This document shows positions 18,936-29,019 of a stretch of DNA of 64,000 nucleotides, piece after piece. The DNA is from an uncultured Acidobacteriota bacterium (GTDB lineage Bacteria > Acidobacteriota > Thermoanaerobaculia > Gp7-AA8). The notes beneath the pieces are model-generated. The model did no database searches. It was not told the DNA's origin and saw only the letters and a list, made by a program, of their open reading frames with translations. Numbering within the stretch: the stretch's first letter is position 1; every line of letters begins with the position of its first letter. The DNA lies in the NCBI GenBank assembly GCA_963822445.1, contig CAWGHO010000001.1, positions 1,088,001-1,152,000 on the forward strand, given 5' to 3'. Made by a program: the position numbers and the translations under genes.

Positions 18936-19933
18936 ACCTTCCGGAAGACGTAAACGTCCTGCAGGGCGGCGATCGGAAAGAGCGTCGGCGGATCGGCGTC
19001 ATGGCCGCGCTCGAAGTAGCCGCGCAACTCGAACCCTTCGAACAGCGACTCCGCGAACGCGCGCGTGTGAAAGGTCGCGAACGCGTTCGAGCCGACAGCG
19101 CCGGTGGGCAGCTCGGAGTACTCGCCGGTCTGGCCGAAAATCCGCGCGTACACCGCGCCGTGCAGGGTGATCACGAGCACGCCACCGCGCTTGAGCACTC
19201 TGCGGATCTCCGCGATCCACGCGCGCTGATGCTCGATCGGGAGATGGGTGAAGACCGAGGCGAGTTGGACGAGGTCGAACTGGCCATCCTCGAGTGGTAA
19301 CGGCGGCAACAGATCGCAGACCGCCCACTCCCCCGGTAGGTTGGCTTTGCTCCACGCGATCAGTTCCGCGTTGATGTCGGCGCCGAACGTGCGGCGCTCC
19401 GGACTCGCGCAATGCCAGCCCATGAGCAGCCGTCCCGTCCCACAGCCGATGTCCAGGATCGACTGCATCTCCTTCGGCTCGACACCGCTCGCGCGCAGCA
19501 ACGACTCGAGCGTGTGCAGCCCCGCCACCATCGAGTCGAGATACGACCGCACGTCCCCCCCACCCTGCGTCGCCGCAACCAGTTCCGGCGTCGGCGTGGG
19601 CAAGGCGTCAATGCACGGCCAGATGTCCTTGCGCGAGCTTCCATCGAGCCGGAACACGGCCTCTTCGCCGCCGTCTGCATACACGACGCGCAGCTCGAAC
19701 GGCGGTTCAGCATGCGCGATCTCGACTTCGAACCGGCACTGACCCGCCCGGTGAAACGGCAGAAACGCCAGCTCGGGACAGGGTTTGTTGGTAGGCGTCT
19801 CGACGCCCTCGCCAATCCTGACCGCGACGATTTCGCGGCCGTCGATGGCCAGGGCAGCGCCGCGAAAGCGAAGCTTGCTCGACCTTTCGAAATGGTGATG
19901 GTGCGGCTCGTCGAGGAAGAACAGCGGTTTCAG
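18932..19933 (-). CDS. Class I SAM-dependent methyltransferase
   Basis: ILDIGCGTGR, SVFTHL and RVLKRGG. The frame stays open upstream to a CTG overlapping the DAHP synthase stop. Confidence 0.85.
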   Translation of the reverse strand: MKPLFFLDEPHHHHFERSSKLRFRGAALAIDGREIVAVRIGEGVETPTNKPCPELAFLPFHRAGQCRFEVEIAHAEPPFELRVVYADGGEEAVFRLDGSSRKDIWPCIDALPTPTPELVAATQGGGDVRSYLDSMVAGLHTLESLLRASGVEPKEMQSILDIGCGTGRLLMGWHCASPERRTFGADINAELIAWSKANLPGEWAVCDLLPPLPLEDGQFDLVQLASVFTHLPIEHQRAWIAEIRRVLKRGGVLVITLHGAVYARIFGQTGEYSELPTGAVGSNAFATFHTRAFAESLFEGFELRGYFERGHDADPPTLFPIAALQDVYVFRKV

Positions 19934-20943
19934 ATACTCCTCCCCACCGCCGGCACAATGATCTTGAGCTCATCCATCAAACGCGCGAACTGATCGGGGT
20001 ACAGCGACTGTGGCCCATCGCACACCGCCTTTTCCGGATCGTGATGCACTTCGATCAACAATCCGTCCCCACCCGCGGCCACAGTCGCGCGAGCGAGGGG
20101 CATTACTTTGTCGCGGCGTCCGGTGGCATGCGATGGATCGCCGACGATTGGCAGATGCGACAGTTTGTCGATCACCGGGATGGCCGAGATGTCGAAGGTA
20201 TTGCGCGTGTACGTCTCGAACGTGCGGATGCCGCGCTCGCACAGGATGATGTCGTAATTGCCGCCGGCCATGATGTATTCGGCGGCGAGCAGCCATTCCT
20301 GAATGGTGGCGGACATGCCCCGCTTCAACAGAATGGGCTTTCGCACCTGCCCCAGCGCCGAGAGCAGGTTGTAGTTCTGCATGTTGCGCGCGCCGACCTG
20401 GAGGATGTCCACGTATTCGAGCATCTTCTCGATCTGCGAGATCTCCATGACCTCGGACACAGTGGCCATTGAGAATTCATCGCCCGCCGCGCGCAGCAGC
20501 TTCAATCCTTCGATGCCCATTCCTTGAAACGCATACGGCGACGTGCGGGGCTTGTACGCGCCGCCGCGTAACACGCGCGCGCCGGATCGCGCGACGCGAC
20601 GCGCGGTCTCGAAGAGCTGCGTCTCGCTCTCGATCGTGCAGGGACCGGCCATGACCACGACGCGATCGCCGCCGATCTCCACACCGCGCGCTTTGACGAT
20701 GGTCTTGTCGCGCTTGAACGTGCGGCTGGTGAGCTTGTACGGCTCGCTGACCCGCACCACTTCCTGCACGCCTTCGAAGAGCTCGAACTCGCGCGGATCG
20801 AGGGTGTCGACGCGGCCCACTACGCCGAGGATGGTTTGATCGGCGCCGGTGGAGCGGTGGACGTCGAAGCCGCGCGAGCTCAGCTCGGCGACGACGTGCT
20901 CGATCGACGGATCGGGGGCATGTTTCTGCATGACGATGATCAT
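19930..20943 (-). CDS. aroF: DAHP synthase, type I-beta with N-terminal regulatory domain
   Basis: AGPC, GGAYKPRTSPY, GARNMQN, LKRG, CERGIRTFE and DPSH. Confidence 0.95.
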   Translation of the reverse strand: MIIVMQKHAPDPSIEHVVAELSSRGFDVHRSTGADQTILGVVGRVDTLDPREFELFEGVQEVVRVSEPYKLTSRTFKRDKTIVKARGVEIGGDRVVVMAGPCTIESETQLFETARRVARSGARVLRGGAYKPRTSPYAFQGMGIEGLKLLRAAGDEFSMATVSEVMEISQIEKMLEYVDILQVGARNMQNYNLLSALGQVRKPILLKRGMSATIQEWLLAAEYIMAGGNYDIILCERGIRTFETYTRNTFDISAIPVIDKLSHLPIVGDPSHATGRRDKVMPLARATVAAGGDGLLIEVHHDPEKAVCDGPQSLYPDQFARLMDELKIIVPAVGRSI

Positions 20944-21242
20944 TGAGACACTCCTGTAGATGCGGATTCGCGTTCGACACGACGCGATTCGTCGATGATT
21001 CGTTCGAAGAGACGGCGGATGGAAGGACCGTCGAGCGGGCCCGTACCCGCCGCTTCGACGTGCCGCAGCACTTCCTTTTCGCGCTCCGGTGCGTAAATCG
21101 GCAACGACAGCACGCCTTTGATCTCGCCGATCTCCACCGCGTACTTGGCGCGTTGATTGAGCAGTTTGACGAGGACGTCGTCGACGCGATCGATGGCCTC
21201 GCGCAGGCGGGTCAATTCGGCTTCGGCATCTGGCTTGTTCAT
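20940..21242 (-). CDS. AroQ-type chorismate mutase
   Basis: LREAIDRVDDVLVKLLNQR...K...PERE. Confidence 0.9.
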   Translation of the reverse strand: MNKPDAEAELTRLREAIDRVDDVLVKLLNQRAKYAVEIGEIKGVLSLPIYAPEREKEVLRHVEAAGTGPLDGPSIRRLFERIIDESRRVERESASTGVSQ

Positions 21243-21260
21243 AGGACCTCGGCGTGACAT

Positions 21261-21358
21261 TGGAGCGCCGGCGTCCCCGCCGGCTGTTGCGCCGGCGTCG
21301 CGCCGGCCCATGCAGGCGAGGACGCCTGCGGTCCAGCCGCCGGGACGGCGGCGCTCCA
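21261..21358. repeat. GC-rich REP-like palindrome (GGAGCGCCGGCGTCC family), copy 1
   Basis: Inverted arms, with a related copy at 51541-51644. Confidence 0.75.
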
Positions 21359-21383
21359 GGGTTCCGATTGACAATTCGGCATA

Positions 21384-21419
21384 AACAAAAAACCTCTTCC
21401 CCCGGCGGGAGAAGAGGTT
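21384..21419 (-). terminator. Attenuator terminator upstream of chorismate mutase
   Basis: mRNA AACCUCUUCUCCC-GCC-GGGGGAAGAGGUU-UUUUGUUU. Confidence 0.88.
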
Positions 21420-21480
21420 CGAGTTTGCCGTTGCCGTTTCGAGCGCCCCTTCTCGCGTCGGGGCGGACGTTTGCCCCACG

Positions 21481-21534
21481 CTAGCTGTCGTAGCCGTAAT
21501 AAAACGAGGCGTATCGAGTGGCGCTGTGGGTCAT
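21481..21534 (-). CDS. Tyr/Phe-rich attenuator leader peptide MTHSATRYASFYYGYDS
   Basis: 17 codons with 4 Tyr and 1 Phe, followed by antiterminator and terminator segments. Confidence 0.85.
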   Translation of the reverse strand: MTHSATRYASFYYGYDS

Positions 21535-21541
21535 GGAGCGG

Positions 21542-22314
21542 TCAGGGTACGGGCGCCACCGCCGGACTGTCAAGAATCGACCGCACGACGTCCGCCGCCC
21601 GCTCCGCCCCTCCCTCGGCAACCGCGCGAACGATCGCGCTGCCGACGACGATGGCGTCGCAATGATCGCGAAGCAGCGCGTAATGCTCGGGTTTGGAGAT
21701 CCCGAAACCGACGGCGATGGGATGTTTCAACTTGCCGCGGACCTCGTCGAGCCGCTCGATCAACGCCGGATCGAGATCGTTGCGCGTGCCAGTGACGCCG
21801 GTGGTCGAGACGTAGTAAACGAATCCGTCGCTGGCCTTGTCGATGGCCTTGATGCGGGCGTCGGTCGACGTCGGCGCGAGCAGAAACACGGTGCCCAACC
21901 CATGGGCACGCATCGCCGTCCGCACCTCAGAGGAAGCCTCCGGCGGCAGGTCCGTCAACAGCAGTGAGTCGATTCCCGCCGCAGCCGCTTCCGATGCAAA
22001 CCGCTCCGGGCCGTACCGCAGGATCGGGTTGAGATAGGAAAAAGCGATCAGCGGAATGTCGCTTTCCTCCCGAATCTCGCGTGCGATCGCAAACACGTCC
22101 GGCGTGGTTGTGCCATTCTTCAGCGCGCGTTGCGCGGCGGCCTGAATCACCGGACCATCGGCGATCGGATCGGAAAACGGGACGCCGAGCTCGATGGCGT
22201 TCGCGCCGGCGCGCTCGAGCGCACGCACGATGCCGACGGTGTCGCCATCGCCGCAGGTCACGTACGCGATCAACCGGCAGCGATCGCGTTTTCTGAACAG
22301 ACGATCGACGCGAT

Positions 22315-22318
<4 letters not shown>
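21542..22318 (-). CDS. trpA: Tryptophan synthase alpha chain
   Basis: [22 protein letters not shown] and VGFGIS. Confidence 0.96.
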
Positions 22319-23489
<1,171 letters not shown>

Positions 23490-23493
<4 letters not shown>

Positions 23494-24086
23494 GCGGCCC
23501 GCACCCTTTCCAACAGCGCGCGCACTTTGTCGGGATCCTTCCTGCCCGGCGCGGATTCGACACCGGAAGCGACGTCGATCGCGTACGGCCGCGCAACGCT
23601 GATGGCTACGCCGGCGTTCTCCGCGGTGATCCCGCCGGCGAGGAAGAATGGTTTCTCGCGGACGTACGCCACGAGCTCCCAGTTGAAACGTCTCCCAGTG
23701 CCGCCGGCCAGCCGGTCATCGAGCGTGTCGAACAGCAGATACGCCGCGCGCGTCTTCACCTCGGGCACCTCTTCGCCGACGCGAATGGTCTTGATCACCG
23801 AAACGCCGAGCTGCGTCATGTAGTCATCCGACTCCGATCCATGAAGCTGCACCAGATCGAGCCCGACCTCGGCGATCGCCCGCTGCACCATGTCCAGCGG
23901 CTGATCGCGAAAGACGCCGACGATCTTCGGCCGCGGATTTCCGAGGGCGGCCACGATCTCGCGGGCGCGGTCGTTCGTCACGCAGCGAGGTGACTCGGGC
24001 ACGAAAATGAGGCCCAGATAATCAGCGGACGAGCAGAGGATGGCGTCTTCGGGATTCGTGATTCCACACAATTTGATTTTCGTCAT
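23490..24086 (-). CDS. trpF: Phosphoribosylanthranilate isomerase
   Basis: KLCGIT, QLHGSE, GGTG, LAGG and DVASGVE. Confidence 0.95.
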
Positions 24087-24862
24087 GACTTCACCAGTTC
24101 CCGCACTGCGGCGGCGCGATCATTCTGTCGCAGGAGCGACTCCCCGACGAGAAACGCATTGAATCGCGCCGCGCGCAGGCGATCAACATCGGCGCGCGTG
24201 CGGATGCCGCTTTCGGCGACCCGGATCGCTTCTGTAGGCATGAGCGTACTCAGACGTTCGGACGTTCCGAGATCGACGTGAAAGTCGCGGAGATCGCGAT
24301 TGTTGACGCCGATGACCCGCGCGCCGGCTTCGAGGGCGCTGGCGAGCTCCGCCTCGTCGTGCACTTCGACGAGCGCATCGCAGCCGTAGGCCTCGAGCAG
24401 GAGGATGAATTCGAGCATGCGCCGGCTGTCGAGCAGCGACGCGAGCAGAAGAATCGCGTCCGCACCCGCGGCGATGCCGCGCATGATCTGCGAAGGCTCG
24501 ACGACGAAATCCTTCATCACCGCCGGCAGTCCGCTCGCCGCTTTTGCGCGGGCAATCCACTCGATGTTTCCCTGGAAGAAGTCGGGCTCGGTGACGATGG
24601 AGATTGCCGCGGCGCCGCCGCGCGCGTAATCCGCGGCGATGGACTCGACGTCGGGATTCGGAGCGATCGGACCGGCCGACGGCGACGCGGCTTTGATCTC
24701 GGCGATGACGTTGATTCCGGCGCGAGCGAGCGCCTGCCGGAACGCGAAGGGGCTTCGCTGTGCGGCACGATCCATCGCCGCGCGGCGCGTGTCCTCGACT
24801 TCCATCGGCTCGTTGCGAAGGCGTTCGCGCGTGCGCGCGACGATGTCGTCGAGAACGGTCAC
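24083..24862 (-). CDS. trpC: Indole-3-glycerol phosphate synthase
   Basis: IAEIKAASPSAG, KDF, GVNNRDL and AESGI. Confidence 0.95.
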   Translation of the reverse strand: MTVLDDIVARTRERLRNEPMEVEDTRRAAMDRAAQRSPFAFRQALARAGINVIAEIKAASPSAGPIAPNPDVESIAADYARGGAAAISIVTEPDFFQGNIEWIARAKAASGLPAVMKDFVVEPSQIMRGIAAGADAILLLASLLDSRRMLEFILLLEAYGCDALVEVHDEAELASALEAGARVIGVNNRDLRDFHVDLGTSERLSTLMPTEAIRVAESGIRTRADVDRLRAARFNAFLVGESLLRQNDRAAAVRELVKS

Positions 24863-25884
24863 GAGGCGCCTCCCAGCTCATTGGTCGCATCGACGAGCTG
24901 CTGCAACTTCTCGCGCGCCGCACCGCTCGCGATCGCATCCCGCGCCATGGTTACTCCTTCGCGAATCGAAGTCGCGAGCCCGGCGACATACAAAGCCGCG
25001 CCGGCGTTGGCGATGACCACATCGCCTCGCGCACCGCTCTCGCCGGCGAGGACTTTGCGGGCGATCTCGGCATTCGCCTTCGCATCGCCGCCGCTCAACT
25101 CCTCGATCGCATGCGTCCGCAATCCGATCTCTTCGGGCGTGACGTCGTACGAGCGCACCTGACCGTCGCGCACTTCGCACACGTGGGTCGGCGCGGAGAC
25201 GGAGATCTCGTCGAGGCCGTCGCGGCTGTGCACGACCATCGCGTGATCTGCGCCGAGAGCCGCAAGCACGTGCGCAACGGTTTCGACGAGCCGGTCCGCG
25301 TACACGCCGAGGACCTGTCGCCGCGCGAACGCGGGATTGGTGAGCGGGCCGAGGACATTGAAGATCGTGCGCAGGCCGAGCTCGCGACGAACCGCGGCCA
25401 CCGCGCTCATTGCCGGATGAAGTTTCGGCGCGAAGAGAAAAGCGATGCCGACCCGGCGAAGGACTGCCGACATCCGTGAGGCATCGAGATCGATGTGCAC
25501 GCCCAGCGCGCTGAGCACGTCCGCGCTGCCGCAGGCCGAGGAGACGGCACGATTGCCGTGTTTGGCGACGTTCGCGCCCGCAGCCGCGGCGACGAGTGCG
25601 GCAACGGTGGAAATGTTGAACGTGCCGCGACCATCGCCGCCTGTGCCGCAGGTGTCGACGAGGTTGTCCCGATCGACATCCAGAGGCGTGACCCGCGCGC
25701 GCATGGCCAGGGCCGCGCCTGTAATCTCATCCGCGGTCTCCCCTTTCATTCGCAGCGCCACGAGCAGCGCGGACTTTTGAACATCGCTCGCTTTTCCATC
25801 CATGACGTACGCGAAGACTTCATGCATCTCGTCGCGGCCGAGATGGTGGCCGTCGACGGCGCGTTTGATGGCCTGCTCGATCAT
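24859..25884 (-). CDS. trpD: Anthranilate phosphoribosyltransferase
   Basis: DTCGTGGDG, NIST, AKHGNR and RTIFNVLGPLTNP. Confidence 0.96.
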   Translation of the reverse strand: MIEQAIKRAVDGHHLGRDEMHEVFAYVMDGKASDVQKSALLVALRMKGETADEITGAALAMRARVTPLDVDRDNLVDTCGTGGDGRGTFNISTVAALVAAAAGANVAKHGNRAVSSACGSADVLSALGVHIDLDASRMSAVLRRVGIAFLFAPKLHPAMSAVAAVRRELGLRTIFNVLGPLTNPAFARRQVLGVYADRLVETVAHVLAALGADHAMVVHSRDGLDEISVSAPTHVCEVRDGQVRSYDVTPEEIGLRTHAIEELSGGDAKANAEIARKVLAGESGARGDVVIANAGAALYVAGLATSIREGVTMARDAIASGAAREKLQQLVDATNELGGAS

Positions 25885-26468
25885 CGAAGGCCTCCCAGAA
25901 AATTGAGAATCAATTGATCGCCGCCGGACGTGCCGTAGGACTCGGGATGGAACTGGATTCCGAACACAGGCCGGCGCCTGTGCGAAATCGCCATGATCGT
26001 CCCATCCTCGGTCTCCGCGTCGACAGACAGATCGTCCGAAAGCGTCTCGCGCGCGACAACGAGGGAGTGATACCGCGCGGTGTGCATCGGCGCCGGACAT
26101 CCGGTGAACAACCGCTCGCCGCCGTGGCGCACTTCGCTGACCTTCCCATGCACCGGCACCTCGCCGCGCATGACCCGAGCCCCGAACGCCTCGGCAATGG
26201 CCTGATGTCCGAGGCAGACGCCGAGGAGAGGGATCGCGTCGTTGATGCGAATCAGATCGATGCAGCGGCCGGCGCGTGACGGCGTGCCGGGACCGGGCGA
26301 GATGACCAGCGCGCGAGGCTTTTCGGCGATGAGCGCGGCGGGATCAAACGCGTCGTTGCGCACGACGCGGACACGCTCGCCGGAAAGGCGCTCGATCTGC
26401 TGAACCAGGTTGTAGGTGAAGGAGTCGTAATTGTCTACGACTGTGATTGGCGAGTTACTCGAGCCAAA
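25881..26468 (-). CDS. trpG: Anthranilate synthase component II (glutamine amidotransferase), no in-frame canonical start
   Basis: ITVVDNYDSFTYNL, SPGPG, GVCLGHQ, RYHSL and QFHPES. No ATG/GTG/TTG lies upstream of the DNYDS motif before an in-frame TGA. Confidence 0.9.
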   Translation of the reverse strand, partial: FGSSNSPITVVDNYDSFTYNLVQQIERLSGERVRVVRNDAFDPAALIAEKPRALVISPGPGTPSRAGRCIDLIRINDAIPLLGVCLGHQAIAEAFGARVMRGEVPVHGKVSEVRHGGERLFTGCPAPMHTARYHSLVVARETLSDDLSVDAETEDGTIMAISHRRRPVFGIQFHPESYGTSGGDQLILNFLGGLR

Positions 26469-26523
26469 GCGACGAGCCGGCGACGTGACTCATCGGCTCG
26501 TTTGTCTCCTGTGGGTTCGACAT
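26455..26523 (-). CDS. Upstream ORF MSNPQETNEPMSHVAGSSLWLE (candidate frame-0 part of trpG)
   Basis: ATG 9 nt after a TAGACT -10-like box. A single Trp codon in CTT-TGG-C context, and TAA three codons later. Confidence 0.55.
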   Translation of the reverse strand: MSNPQETNEPMSHVAGSSLWLE

Positions 26524-26548
26524 GGGACGGGAAGTCTAGCACGGGGCC

Positions 26549-27883
26549 TCATGCCTTTTTCATAGGCACCAGTTCCCCCGGCTCGTCGTCCTGCATCCGC
26601 AACCGGAGCTTCGACGATTCCAGCGGCGTTGCTTCGAGCTGGTCGAGGTTGCCGAGGTCCTTGCCGCTGCCGGCCATGCGCTGGAGCTCTTCCCCTTTCG
26701 GCCAGAGGCGGGTGTCGATCGAACGGATGGTCTCGTTGTACTTCTCGACCGTCTTGCCCAGCCGGCCGCCGACCTCGGAGATGAGGTCCATGATCCTCAC
26801 GAAGCGGTTGAACAGCTCCACCGCCGCGTCGTGCATCTTCTTGGCGTTCTCCTCGGTCTTCTCCGCCTTCCAGCTCGCGGCAACCGCGCGCAGCAGCGGG
26901 AGGAGAACCGTCGGTGACGCGAGGAAGATCTTCCGCTCTGCCGCGTACTCGTGCAGCGTGAGATCGGTGGACAGCGCGGCGGCCAGGAAATGCTCGCCGG
27001 GGATGAACATCACCGCGAAATCGAGCGTCTCGCCGACGCTCGCCTGATATTCGCGTTTCGCCAGTGCGTCGACATGGCGGCGGATGTTCTTCGCGTGCTG
27101 TTCGAGAAACGCCCGTTTGCGCGCTTCGTCGGGCTCGTTGCAGGCCGCGATGTACTCGGTGAGCGGCGCTTTCGCGTCGACAGCGATCACGCGCTTGTTC
27201 GGGAGATTGATCACGACGTCGGGGCGGATGCGGCGGCCTTCATCGGTCATGAAAGTCTGCTGCGCATCGAAGTCGTGGCAGTACTCGCTCATGCCCGCGA
27301 GCTCGATGCAGCGCTTGAGCGACATCTCGCCCCAGGAGCCCTGGACCGTCGGAGACTGCAGGGCATTGGCGAGGCGCGCCGCTTCGCGTTGCGCGGATTC
27401 CTGCGTGACGAGCAGAGAGCGAAGCTGCTCCTGCAGGCCTCCATAACTCTCCTTGCGCGCATGCTCGCTCTTCGTCACCTCGGCGCGGTACGTCTCGAGC
27501 ATCTCCCTGACCGGCACGAGCACGCCGTCGAGCGTGCCGCCGACCTGGGTCTTGTTCGACTGCACCAGCGACTCGCTGACGTCCTTGAACGCTTTCTGCG
27601 CGAGCACGGCAAAGCTCTCTTCGAGCTGCTTGTGATTGGCGAGGAGCTTCGCCGCTTCCTCGGCGCGCGTTTCGGCTACGGCGCGTTCCTGCTGGGCCTC
27701 TTCAACCCGGCGCTGCATCTCGGCCCGGGCGGCGTCGCTTTTCTCTCGCTCGGCGTGCTCGAGATCGCGCTCGGCAAGGGCCCGCTGCGCTTCGGCGCTC
27801 TTCCTCGCGCTCCCGACCACCCATCCCACGATCGCACCAATCATCAGGGCGATCACGCTCGAAAACAGCACCGTGATTGTCAT
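26549..27883 (-). CDS. rmuC: DNA recombination protein RmuC
   Basis: N-terminal TM and coiled coil, GSWGEMSL, RPDVVINLP, VDAKAP, MFIPGE and ASPTVL. Confidence 0.92.
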   Translation of the reverse strand: MTITVLFSSVIALMIGAIVGWVVGSARKSAEAQRALAERDLEHAEREKSDAARAEMQRRVEEAQQERAVAETRAEEAAKLLANHKQLEESFAVLAQKAFKDVSESLVQSNKTQVGGTLDGVLVPVREMLETYRAEVTKSEHARKESYGGLQEQLRSLLVTQESAQREAARLANALQSPTVQGSWGEMSLKRCIELAGMSEYCHDFDAQQTFMTDEGRRIRPDVVINLPNKRVIAVDAKAPLTEYIAACNEPDEARKRAFLEQHAKNIRRHVDALAKREYQASVGETLDFAVMFIPGEHFLAAALSTDLTLHEYAAERKIFLASPTVLLPLLRAVAASWKAEKTEENAKKMHDAAVELFNRFVRIMDLISEVGGRLGKTVEKYNETIRSIDTRLWPKGEELQRMAGSGKDLGNLDQLEATPLESSKLRLRMQDDEPGELVPMKKA

Positions 27884-29019
27884 GAAGAAGATGATAACCC
27901 GCGCATGATCGCGACCACGCGCTCGACCTCCTCCGCGTCGTTGTAGAAGTGGGGCGAGAACCGCAGCATCCCCTCGCGGGGCGCGCAAACTACCCCTTCT
28001 TCCTCGAGGCGGCGGTGGTACCACAGAAGCGACTTCTCTACATCTGGTGGAGTCACGCCGACGATCGGCGAGGCGATGGGCTTCGGCGACCCGACCCGCC
28101 AGCCGATGGATTCGGCCCCCTCGGCCAACCGACGGGCAACAGCCAGAGCGTTTTCGGCAATGACGTCGATGCCGATCTCGAGGAGGAGGTCGACGGCCGC
28201 CCGCAAACCGTAGATCCCGTTGGTGTTCAACGATCCGGCCTCGAACCGGCGCGAGCTCGGAAGCAGGTCGGTCGGCGCGCCAATGAACTTCTGCTGCCGG
28301 TCGATGTTCATCCAGCCGTTTTCGAGGACCTCGAGCTCCTCGCGGCGTTCCTCCGCCACGTAGAAAATCGCGCACCCTTCCGGGCCACACATCCACTTGT
28401 GGCCGTCGGCCGCGAGGAAGTCGATGTTCGCCGCGCGGACGTCGATCGGCAGCACGCCCACGCCCTGAATGGCGTCGACACAGAAGCGGACGTTGCGCCG
28501 TGCGCAAAGCTCGCCGATCGCGATCACGTCAGCGACGAAGCCGTTGTGGAACGCGACGGAGGACACCGTGACGAGACGGGTGCGGTCGTCAATCAGCGGC
28601 TCGATGTCTTCCACGGTCGGTGTTGCGGCGACGCGGCACTCGACACCGCGGCGCGCGAGCACTTTCCAGGGCGTCCAGTTCGAGGGGAACTCGATGGCGG
28701 TGGTGATGACGTTGTCGCCGTCGCGCCAGCGCAGACCTTCCGCGACGAAGGACAGGCCTTCGGAGGTGTTCTTGAGGATGGCGATCTCGCCCGGCTTCGC
28801 GCCGATGAGACGCGCCAGGGACTCGCGAAGGTGGTCGTACTCCGCGTACCAGTCGCGCCAGTGCAGCGCGCCGTAATCGCGCTGATCGCGCGCGTGACGC
28901 TCCATCGCTTCGTAAGCGCGTGTGGAGAGCGGGCCGACGGCGGCGTGATTGAAGTAGATGAGATTTCCCGTGACCGGGAAGAGATCTTTAAAAGCGGCGG
29001 AGGTCATCGAGGTAGGCAT
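27880..29019 (-). CDS. Class V PLP-dependent aminotransferase
   Basis: YFNHAAVGP, VDAIQ, DGHKWMCGP and RFSPHFYN. Confidence 0.9.
   Translation of the reverse strand: MPTSMTSAAFKDLFPVTGNLIYFNHAAVGPLSTRAYEAMERHARDQRDYGALHWRDWYAEYDHLRESLARLIGAKPGEIAILKNTSEGLSFVAEGLRWRDGDNVITTAIEFPSNWTPWKVLARRGVECRVAATPTVEDIEPLIDDRTRLVTVSSVAFHNGFVADVIAIGELCARRNVRFCVDAIQGVGVLPIDVRAANIDFLAADGHKWMCGPEGCAIFYVAEERREELEVLENGWMNIDRQQKFIGAPTDLLPSSRRFEAGSLNTNGIYGLRAAVDLLLEIGIDVIAENALAVARRLAEGAESIGWRVGSPKPIASPIVGVTPPDVEKSLLWYHRRLEEEGVVCAPREGMLRFSPHFYNDAEEVERVVAIMRGLSSSS

Noticed and set aside
26455-26523. Classical trpL transcriptional attenuator
   Set aside because: There is only one Trp codon and no terminator hairpin with a U-tract before trpG. 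The ACGAGCCG/CGGCTCGT hairpin (26472-26501) lies inside the uORF, upstream of the Trp codon.
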